A program made the position numbers and the translations under genes. A stretch of 64,000 nucleotides of DNA, from contig NMRA01000067.1 of assembly GCA_002633005.1 (NCBI GenBank), positions 496,010 to 560,009 on the forward strand, in the 5' to 3' direction. Under the pieces are notes generated by a model. It had not been told where the DNA came from. It was given only the letters and a program-made list of their open reading frames with translations, and ran no database searches. Below, one piece after another: positions 13,603 to 25,000 of the stretch; positions within the stretch are counted from its first letter, which is position 1, and each line of letters opens with the position of its first letter. This stretch comes from Phoronis australis (taxonomy: Eukaryota > Animalia > Phoronida).

Positions 13603-14760
13603 TGTAGACTGACTTTTGATCAGTCGCAAAACTGAATCAGGAAAATTTTTGCCAAGTTGCCCTGATAAGTGCGCTGGTAATAACAAAGTTAGAAAATTAG
13701 TGCTCGATGTGCATCGCTCCGCCGCTCTTCGGACACATTCGGCACCCGGAAAGCGGATTCACATTGAAGTCAGTCGTTGGCGTTTCTTACAAGTGATCGT
13801 ATTTGGAAGGCTTTTAGTAAATCGTTACACAAAGCGGGACCCCGCGGCCGGCGAAGGCTGCGGACGCAACCGGTCACAAGTCAGTGGAACCCGCCCCCCG
13901 GCCAGTGCCCTCTCACTGAGTCCAACATTAACTGAATGCACCGTACTCTAATACTAAGAAAAGTAAAAAAGATCGCAGAAAATAGAAACTGTATTCAATT
14001 TAACAATAAATAACTGCATTCATGCCCTCCTACTGTGTCATGGGTTCCCCGGCGGGGGCGTCGCCTTGGCCCCCCCGGCAGTCCGCGCGGTCGCCCCCGT
14101 CCCCCATGACTACCCGGCCCCGGCCCTTCTGCACGATACTGAGCGGAAGCGAAAAAAAAAGAATTTTAGGGTCTATGATCGCTTCGAGAGTTGTGGTTGC
14201 GAAAACAAAAAGAATTTTAGGGTCTATCATCGCTTCGAGAGTTGTGGTTGCCCTCTTGCGACAGTTTGCGCCACTGAGTGATTTGACTGAGGTGGGGCAA
14301 TCACCGGCGACGGACCGGCCTACATGGTTTCATTAAACATGATGCCGCCGGGCATAGACGCAGTTTCGCCGACCCGGGGCAGGTGCAACTATGAGATTAT
14401 CAGTCCCGCCGAGTCGGGCCATCTCAATTTAGTAATTGAAAAACCTTTTGGAAATTCCAAAACTGGATATGTTATACAGACCCGCCACACTGTGAGACCC
14501 CCCGGCGGGCCGTCTAATACCGGCGCCAAAACCTCGGCGCAGCTCTAGTGAGGGAGCCGAGGCATTTCCTGCACTGAGGGTGTCATCACTGACGTCATTC
14601 CCTGTGGCATTTCAGTTACGGGTTTTGCGGTTCAGACTCAGTTGTTTTTAAAAATTTACTCCAACGATCGACTGGCAACACTGACGGCCGGGATAATCTC
14701 ATCCAATGACCCAGCCGGTGTCACATGAAAACCCGGCGTATCAAATAAATTATTTCCTGT
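13603..14760. promoter_or_regulatory. GC/CpG-rich region upstream of UBE2M (probable promoter region, possibly partly repeat-derived)
   Basis: Markedly more CpG-rich than the flanks and directly 5' of the UBE2M ATG. Contains a TGACGTCA palindrome at about 14590 and a 51-bp-period two-copy repeat at 14156-14251. Confidence 0.5.
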
Positions 14761-16201
14761 TGCCTAGTAATTCCTGTGATTCCTCGGTTGACTCATGACT
14801 GCCATCTATAACTCAAGCGGGTGTTGCTCACGTGGTGCTTACGGCAAGTTTTCATGGGTTGACAAATGTTTTGTCATTCTTCCGATTAAATGTTTTTTGA
14901 TACGTTCTCGCATTTTGGATGTTTGGGTCGAGTGTTGTTGTGCTTTCATTAAAATGCTGTGTAATTATTTGGCAATTGTAAACTCTATCTTCCTTCAAGT
15001 TCCCTCGAGAATAATGACACGCGTACCACAACACTATTTACTTGGCGAGTCGATGCGCGGACACAGTGTGGTGTCCGGTTTCCATTTTTGCACGGAAAGC
15101 TGCTCAATGCTCCAATTTTCTTCTAATTTTTCGTAGTTTTTGCCCCTCCTAATGATTTAAAAAAACTGTGAGAACAGTCATGTTAAGCGAGGAAGATGTG
15201 TTACAATATGGGGGATACCAAAGTCGCCTCTCAGTGGGTTGTTATCGATCTTGGCTTGTCGCTTATGTTAGCACTTCAACCGTGGCTGCATGACTCCTCG
15301 AACGCTGTTGTTATACTGGCGAATTATATAGATCAAATAAAATATTGAAAGGGCCCTCAGTAATCCGCACCGGCGTAGCCACACGGAGAGGCATAGTAGC
15401 GGAATCCTTGTTCATGGCAAAATTCCAGAAAAATACCCCCATCGAATCACCTTTCACACTCGTTCATTGCAAAAATACGCCTACTGGTTGCCACTTATTT
15501 ATTTCAGTCCCTGGTCGCCGACAATTTAGTACNNNNNNNNNCCCCCCCCCAGGCCCCTGCTGAGTGCTTCTGGCTTCTTCAGTGAATCTGCTAAGTGAAG
15601 CTTTTTGAGTGATGTTTTGGAAATGAGAATTTTGTTTACCTTGTGTACTGTGATTTAATTTTGCGACGCGTCACAAAAGTTAAGTCGTGAAGTAAGTGAA
15701 GTTAGCAGCACTTCTTGGTTTCTATGCTTAGTGTGGTCAGGTGTTACTTTTACTTAATTACAATCCGCTTCATTTTTGTTACCGGACGCTGATTCAGCAG
15801 TTGTTTCCATACAAGTCTTATAATCGAGACCAGTCCATCACATGTGTATTTATATCTGCTGACTAGTCGGAAGAAAATGATACCTTGGTTAAGCTTTTAG
15901 GACATATTACATCGTAAAACAGAAAAAATGTGAATATCTTATTTCCGAAATATGAAAACAAAAACAAAGATACGAAAATGATAACCTAATGGGTATGAAA
16001 TGCTTTCCAACAATTTTCAATCATTGGAATCCGTTTTCTTGGATCAAAGCCGTTACCAGTAAAGCAGTAAGTTGCATCCATTAATTAAACTCGGGGACGG
16101 ATATGAGAATCTGAGCGGGTCATGGTCACATTCCCCATGCATGGGCAGTGAATATCTTTTCAAACAGAGTTATTGCGATAAGCATTATATGTGGGTGTGT
16201 A

Positions 16202-16350
16202 CAGTGGTGGATTTAGAGGGGGGCCAAACGGGCCATGTCACCCCCTTAAAATTCTCCGACGGAGATGCAAAAGCCTGACCGGCAAAATCCTGGCTAATAC
16301 TCTGCCTTGCCCTGCCCCCCCCTCCAACTCAAAATCCTGGATCCGCCCCA
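16202..16350 (+). mobile_element. MITE family B copy (CAGTGGCGGATTTAG.../...GGATCCGCCCC)
   Basis: Imperfect TIRs. A related copy lies in reverse orientation at 22185-22482 and a partial copy at 31873. Confidence 0.7.
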
Positions 16351-17959
16351 TTCTAGGCTCGAACGGAACAAAATGATAACTTCTCAAGGCAAAATCTAGC
16401 AAACAAATTTCAAGCCACTTGCGAGTTTCCAAACGTAACAAAAAGTTAAAATTACCATCTTGTTGCATAACCTCACAAAAGGTCTGTAGTCCTCCACGTG
16501 GGAAACAAGTATGAGGTTTTTAAGAATTCATAGACTCGTCCCCGTTGTAAAGTGTCAGGTGTCGTTTCTAGACGAGTCAATATATTATTTTCCGTCTTTT
16601 GGCCAAAAATCAGTCTACGGATGGCTTAACGTGTTTCACGAAATCAGGTTCAGGGAGGCTAAAAGTCGGAAAATCTGTCTACAATCAACGCCAAAAGATA
16701 GAAATCTCACTCTTATGGACATTACAATGTTTAAATTTCAATGGAAATCGATAATTGTGAAATTTGGTTCACTTCTTTTAAAGATGAGCTTCTAAGTACG
16801 CCTGTAAATAAAATTTGAAACTGATAATTCTGGCTTTCTCCATCGTCGTTTCGTTCTCGAATTATTAGACATAGTTTGTGACATATTTTTGTGTACAGTC
16901 AAAGGCGGTCTCTGGTAAAATGAAACTGGTGTTCTTGGAAACACATACAAATCAATATCTACCGCGGGTATCAGAGAATGCAGCTACGTCATCCTTTTAA
17001 CTGAAATTCGTTATGTGAATGGATCTGGTTCTGGGGTGCACCAAATGTGTGCACGTGGTTCGTTTTTACTACGACCCACTGTTCTCGAATTACTTGAGAT
17101 TTGTCAGGAGGCTACGATGTGGGCCGTCGGTAATTGCCGCTGTAGAAAGTTCAAAATTTCAGGTTTTTAAAGGCGCGTAGTTCCGACCGGCTTCAGTTTT
17201 CTAGACAGTAGATGTAGGTCGCGTTTTCACCATTTTTATATGAATTTGGGAAGTCTGAGTCAAGAAAGTATGAAAATGACGTGACGGGGTCACATTTTAG
17301 CTTTAGAAGTTTCGCTCTGGTAATATCCTTCATGGTGCATGTATGCATTCTGACGTGATATTTAAAAGTCGATGGACACTCCGAAGACAAGTCAACTTGT
17401 AAAGCTTCGTATCTAGTTATAACGAACTGTCAGTTCTTTTTAAACCCTAAAAATTCCTCCAATTTGACTAAGGAAGAATTTGAGATCAATTTCATAACGG
17501 TGAAGTGGTCTAAATCAAAAATTGTTTCTGTAGTATAAGGTGGGTTTATAATTGTTCTTTTGTATTGCAAAATGACATCAGGAATCGTACCAGCTTCCTT
17601 GTACTAAAAAGAATTGAACTTCTACGTGTCATTATGGTGAAATAAACTGGCTTTATGGTTTTCCGCTTCAAAAGTGCATGAAAACAAAACACTTACAACA
17701 AAACGTTTATTTTTATGGATCTTTTAGCATTACCAGTGAAAATGACATTTTGAAGTCACCACAGTTCAGTTGATATCGACAGCAGGCATTATCGTAACAG
17801 AGAATTAACTCATTTAATACTAAGTCAATACAACAGATTCTAGGTGCATTGATGACAGGCAGGAAAACGTATGGCAGGGTAGATACATGGACGGTAAAAT
17901 CAAATGGAACTTTAAGGTCAGAGGTCAGGAGATGCAAAATGTCGGACGTGATTTACAAC

Positions 17960-18250
17960 AGTAAGAAATATAAGACAAAAGAGGCAGAAAGATGAGCAAT
18001 GTTGGGAAAGGCTAAGTGTAAGGAAAAGGAGAGAAAGATCTTGAGGAAAAAAGAAAGAGAAAAGACAGGAAAGAAAGAGAGAAAGACAGAGGGACATACA
18101 GAAAGGCAGAAAATTGACAAAAGAAAATGGCACAAAATATAAGGAAAGAAAAAAGGAGGAAAGATTGACAGAAAGAGAAAGAAAAGACAGGCAACAGAGA
18201 GTGAGAGAAAGAGAGGAAGTCAGACAAGAATATAGAAGACGACAGAAAAT
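17960..18250. repeat. GA-rich low-complexity tract
   Basis: Purine-rich degenerate (GAAA/GACA) repeats. Confidence 0.8.
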
Positions 18251-19021
18251 GATGCCCGTCTTTAGGTTATACTAGCAGTATTCTAACAAGTTACCAAATG
18301 ACTAAGTCTGTCTCTTAAACCGCACTAACAGACTGACATGACACTAAGTAAGAAAAGGCACTAATTTTTTTAATAAAAACATAAAAACGAATAATGCTCG
18401 AAAAGTTATCAGCATGCGCTGCTCTTTCATTTACCATCGTTATTTTATAGTCCCTGCGAAGGACCTCCACTTTTTATTATATTTATAGTTTAAGAAAATT
18501 GCACGAAGGCGTTGGTTGGATATAGATTCCCCGTGACTACTTGAATGCATGTCTTCTTCATGTGGACCATATTGTATTACTAGCACTAGTTAAATGGTGA
18601 ATTTCGAGCTTCTCACAGAATGGTCATTCTAAATACCAGGGCCCATTTGTTGCTATTCTTATTCGTGGGAGCAGGCGTTTCAGGGGCGAAGCTAATGTGT
18701 GCAACAAGGATAAAATCAAAGTATTAGATTCGTGGCATAATTGAATTTTTTTGTTTCTGCAAAATTCTCTCAGATGACCTAGCCGGTGTTCGAACAAGCA
18801 AAGCTACATTTCAACCTTCCACTCGCCGTACAAATTTAGCCGCGCCCCTGCGCCTGCTTATTGGCGAACCTAAAATGAACGACACTAAATACTCTTTAGC
18901 AAATTTAATTCCACGTTTATACAGCAAAGTGCGTGGCACGAAAAGCTGGCTACATTTAAGTTGCTACACCATGTACTCGTATTTGCGCAAAAGTTTCAAA
19001 ACTCCCTTCAAATCTTACAAT

Positions 19022-22000
19022 CTAGTCCAAAATGCTTCTGTTCTTGCCGATGTTCATACCACTTTGGGACGCAAATTGATTAGTGCCCATTTGAAGATTT
19101 ATGGTTGAAGAGCCTTCTCGCGAAACATCGTCTGCTCTGATGTCCGCAATGTGGCGCGCGGATCCAAAGCTCATACCCTTCTGGGAAGCAAACTGGTTCG
19201 TTCCCGACTGTAAACAACAGAAGGATAGTGGTAAACAACAAAATGCATTTGCGAATAAATAAATGTCTCCTTAAATTACTTCAGGTCAGTTGGAAAGACT
19301 TGAAGTTTTATGTGGAGTTTGACATTTATGCAACGTGGTGCTTAGTCGGAAATTTAATCTCTACACCGAAACAAGAACTCGAACTCCAATTCATGGCTTT
19401 ATTACATTCAATTAAAATTCCAGGTCGTACTACAAGACCTAGTGGAATATGTTTTGTTTCGAAAATATACTACAAATCGACTACACAGAAAGATATTGTG
19501 AATGATTCAACTTAGGGCTGTTCCAGCAAAATCTGTTTGGGAGGGGGGAAGGCACTTTTATTTCGTACCCACCGCCCATATTTTTCATTTATTTCTCCAA
19601 CCCATGACCCATAATTTTTTAATTATTTTTGATAGGTTAAAATATAAAATCCAACACTTGCAAACAAATTGCCTCCAGGAGGACCTGTTAAGAACTTAGA
19701 TGATTGACAGACAAGAACTAGTTGTCTTGTCCAATATTGTCAAAAACTAAAGTAGCTCTGAGCAATACTTTTGGCAGCCACCAGGTGTCTCTGTTCACCA
19801 TGTGTCTATAATTTCAATGAACATTTTTTCAATTACAAGGATCTATGAATCTCAAACTGTCTCCACGAACTCTTTTATACTTCTATGTCAAGTGAATATT
19901 GGAACTTGTTTATCTTACTCCTCATACTTTTTATTTAAAAATCATCAATTTTCTTATATGTGTTAACACCAGTTTAGTGTTGCACAACTTTTCAATTCAA
20001 CAGGACTGCAGACAAACAGTTGGCTCAAATTAAGTTGCCCATAACTAGATTAATGGCTTGGTGAACACCTTGCACTCTGATCACTGGCAATATGGGCTTT
20101 TTGTATTGGGATAAGTTAGAGAATACATGCTAATTGCTTATTTGAGTTTTGATGGCTGAAGTAACCAACCTGTCAACATTAACAGGTAAAAAAACACCAC
20201 CCATTTTTAATGCATCACTTCTTACAGGAACGACCACCCATAATTTGAGATTTTTTCTGAATTTTTATTTCTACTGCCGTCCCTCCACTCCCACACGGAT
20301 TTTACTGGAACAGCCCTTAGTGAAAAGAGTAAGTTCTGTCGTAAAACACCTAACAGCTATACTGTATTTTTTTCTGAAATTTTCGTTGTATCCATAAGCC
20401 AAGTGACAGTGACATGGTAGGCCAAATACCCCTGTGAAGAAAGTTGTGGTGTTTTGAACCTTAGAACATGGGGCCCGTTCCAAGAAACTGACGCAAGTCA
20501 TTTTTTACCTAAGTCTAAGATTTGTCATTTGTCTCAAACTTCCAACTTTGAAACTTCCACATCCGGTAAGTTAGTAAAAATCTTAAAATTGGCTGAAAAT
20601 TAAGATTTGTAAGTTTTCTTGGAATGGGCCCAGGGATAATAGCGCACTTTATGATTCTTATCAAGGCTTTTTGTAATGTCATAAAACTGTCAAAATTTGA
20701 ACAACTTCGGATCATCCTATCTGAGAAATGGTTGATCACGGATTCAAACGAGACTTTCCGATATTGTGCTTTACGAAATGCCTCCAAAACGTTGTTAAGA
20801 GGGTTCTAGTTTTGCATGAGGTGCTAAAAAATAGGACGTTCAGGATTTTTATAAAAAACTCAAAAGCTGCATGAAACGGAAACGAAACAATGATTTAGAA
20901 AACTGTAAGAGGAAGTTTGAGATTTCATGTAGAACATATTAATTAAATCAAAAGAAATTTTACCATGTTATTGATACTGTTGTTTCGCAATGAATGGGGA
21001 TTTCTGTTTATTTCATTTTATTAAAAAATACATGGTCACCCGACCCAATTAATGACAAATTGACAAAAGTTGCAGGAAAACCAAAAGCGGCAGGCTCTCT
21101 ATGTTCAGAAAAACCCTAAGGTCAATTCAATAGGTCTGTACATGTTTGGTTAAATGTAGAGACTTCCTCATAAGGCTACACGTAGGCTTACAGTGGAAGT
21201 TTAGTCAGACTTGTAGGTCAGAAATGTACGGCAGTTAAATACACGTTTTCCAAAGAAGCGGTAAGGAACCGAAGATTCTACCTGCAAGCCAATGACCCCT
21301 TGACCTTCCTGGGTCATATCGCCTGTTTTGATGTCAGTAATATGGCGACTGGAGCCAATACGCATGCCTTTTTGGGAAGCGAACTGATTTGTACCCGCCT
21401 GGAAAACACAGTAAGATAGTTAACACTGATGTACACGATACGTCAAATTGTTACAACCGAAGATATATGTCCCCTAGTAAGAGAGTTCTGCATATTTTAA
21501 CATGTATGCCTGGGTGTTTTACCTTCTTCTAACAACTTTTTCGGGATATCGTCTTTATCCATGCCATAACTCATTGTATTCACAGACTTTAGATCAAGAC
21601 GAGGCCGCAAAATGTTACCATCTAAACTATCGGCTTGTTTACAAGCTTCGGCGGAGGTCGTTAATTTGCGGCTCTGTATGGTTCTTTATGGTCCATTGAC
21701 TACGCGGAACCTACAATATGGTTTTAACACTTCTCTGGAATACAACAGAATACCTACTTGGAGTCCTATAACCCCGTGACCTTCTTGCGTCATGTCGTCT
21801 GCTCTGATGTCCGCCACGTGTCGACTGGATCCAAAACTCATGCCCTTCTGAGACGCAAACTGGTTGGTTCCTGACTGTAAACGAAGAATGCAAGTCTACT
21901 ACTTCAAACTAATGTAGTTGAGAGCGTTCAACTTTTTCTTTAGTGAAATCATAAATCGTAATATTATGAACTATCGGGGTAAAAAATCTTTTAGACCCCA

Positions 22001-25000
22001 TGTCTTCGAGTAGACTATGGCATTTTTAAGGAATTTTTTCGTTATTCGGCAAAAACAACACACACAACTGGCTTTGCTAGTTACCACCCAACAAACCACA
22101 CAAACTTCAAGCAACCGTTTAAATTTGGAGCTCCTAGCCTGGAAACGTTTGAACCAACGAGTCGTCTCAATTGACAATAGAAGTCAGGGGTGGATCCAGG
22201 ATTTTGAGTTAGGGGGCCAGGAAACAGGAATAACCAGACTTTCGGCAGATGCGTGCGCCCAGCCTAAAATGTAGGGATGCAGGGGTTTGGGGACCTTTTG
22301 ACTAAAAAAAAGGTAAACGGGGTTTGTTGTTCAGGACCTATGCATTGTTTATTCACCCCCCGAGCCCCCCTGGTCGCGCGCATGTGCTAGTCAGCGATTC
22401 GCACCCGAACTGCCAAATGGTATCTGGTAGAATTTTATGGGGGGCACGNCCCCCCCCCCCCCCCCCCCTAAATCCGCCACTGAAAGTAGTGTCTACTTGA
22501 ACGTCATTACAGGTCTGCTTTTAATGTCAAGTTTCATTTGAATTTTGTTAAGTTATTTCATAGGGTAGCAAAATAAGCTCGTCGCCACGTCATAGATTCT
22601 GATCTCAGTTTATGCAAACGACATCCTCCCATGACAAGAGTGTGCAGCAGACATTCTGTAATGCTCTTCACTTCCATATCGTTTGTTCAGTTTTATTGCA
22701 TGGTGCGCGCTTGGAGTTATACTTGTATGCAAGGCCTTTGTGAAATGAAATCAAACCCCCATAATGGATGATGCATGCATTTCAAAATACACGACATTTT
22801 ATTAGATATATACTTATAATAACTTTATATACTTTATTGTATAATAACTACGAAAATCTCACGGGCACAATTTGAAAAGTTAATTAACTACCCATGCCAT
22901 GAGCCCAGATTGGGTTTTACCGATTTCGAAATTTTCTCAAAACGCTTGTTGATCCTATATATTCATCTCAAGACGCTGTTAGTACAAATGCCATCAAACA
23001 TGATCTGGTGTTAAAACTTTCTGCACACACACAATTTATAATTTATTCCTCTTCCAAATCAATCAAAATAAATCCCCGGAAAATCCCCCTGGCGGTCATA
23101 CTTCTTGGGTTAGACTTCGTGTGATTGGTCTGAAGAAATAACTGTGTTGTACTTCTCAAGCCCAGAAATTAGGTATTTAGTCTTCAGGCCAAACGAATAG
23201 TTAAAAGGATACTAAACCCTGATTTGGTGATTTCAACCAATCCTCGTTCTGCCACCTGCAAATGCATCATTGACGTCCCACGTGAGTGATAATTTAAGCA
23301 GGATTCAACTTAAAAAGTCGTATGCTCTGTGTTACAGATAGGATATTACGGCTGTAAGGTCTTCACTGGCTACAATCATTTTCAGGCTGCGAGCTGTTTC
23401 GCGGATTCTCTTGAACAGAGTGTAATAAATTAAACTCCGCGTCGGGACAATCGCGTTTCATGCTAATACGTACAGCGCTTGCAGGTCGTGCGCCCTGTTG
23501 TGACATTTTGTCGCACGCGACAAATATTGTCGCCCTAGCGTCAATATGTGTCGGCGACAGCAGGGTGCATGTCACAACACACCCAACATTCGCCTAAGAA
23601 ACGGCCTAAACACAACAACGTAAACAACAGAACACATATGATAATGGAAAAGCTGGAGGAAGCATGCGAAAACGAAGCACAGGCTGTGTGCCTCCTACTC
23701 TAAGGTAATAATTATCATGCAAAATGAAGTAAAAGTGCGCGCCTGTAACCCGATGACACCTTGACCTTCCATAGACATTTCGCCATCATGTTTGAAATCA
23801 TGGATGTGACGTATGGCTCCCATCCTCATCCCCTTTTGTGTAGCGAACTGGTTAGTTCCAGCCTGTAACACAAGTCTGCCCAGGTTAACGTCCACCGAAG
23901 TTGAAGAAGCAGAACAGCAGTTCTTTCCGGCATCTAAATACCGTGTTCACCGGTGGAATAAGGCGGACCAGACGCCTAAAACGAGCGCTCACAATTTGTG
24001 CGGCGTACTATCTGCCGTCTTACGAACAATTGGCATAACATTTGTATGCAAAATGTTGAAATTCTGGATAATTACGCGCGATCGCCATGGGCTAGCAGAG
24101 CCTAATCACGAATCACATCATTGAAATGTAGGCTCTTCACGGTAGGAAGGCAGATCTGTCGCCCGATTTGGAGTCGGGCGATAAGACGGCAGAGCAGACG
24201 CCTAGTGCGTGTGTGATTTTTCAGACACAGATCAGGCGTAAGATTTGCCTTCTGACTGGACAGCATGTGAACGTTGCATAACATACAGCCGCTTAGTTAA
24301 ACAAACGTTGGTGTGTATAGGCGGTGTTACAGACTTACAACAACTGCACATGCGCGAATTTAGCCCCGTGTACTAACATCAGAAATAATGCGAATTTTCA
24401 AAAAAGTGTTTCACATATAAAATTTACTAATTGACGTAGGCGGCTATCTGTTTGCGCATGTCTGACACTGGGTGAATATCTGCTTTGACCATTCTTAATT
24501 CTTTGGATTAAAGGTTATGTAGAACCTACAAAAATGTCCAAATTTGGTAAATTTCGAAACGTCATATCTTAGGCAAGGAATATCGGTTCCATATAAAACT
24601 TTCAGACACTATGCTTCATTCTCGGTTCTCCAGAACGCTATAAGGAATTCAGTTGCTTTCAAAATGTTCCACTTTTACATAAAGGGGAATCAAAAATAAG
24701 ACTTTTATGATTTGTGTACGGTAAAAAATCAAAGGTTACAAAAACTGAAAACGAAATGGTAATCCAGAAATCCATGATCTTCGAAATTTCATCTTGAAAA
24801 TTTCTATCCAAAAAATTAGTCATGTTATTGATACCGTTGTTTTGCTTTGTTGTACCTTTGTTTTTCCAAATCTCACTAAAAAGACATGGTCACGTGACTC
24901 AGTTAATGGCAGATTTGTATAAAGTCATACACTAAATCCTGCAGACTTTCTGCTTGGATGTAATATGTATTACTTTTTTCTGAGTTAAGATCTACAGTTC

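Noticed and set aside
14760-17400. Possible divergent gene from the UBE2M promoter
   Set aside because: Only isolated GTAAGT motifs are present, and no coherent exon chain or recognisable protein could be built.
17918-18227. Hydrophobic F/L/S-rich ORFs
   Set aside because: These are translations of a GA/TC low-complexity tract.
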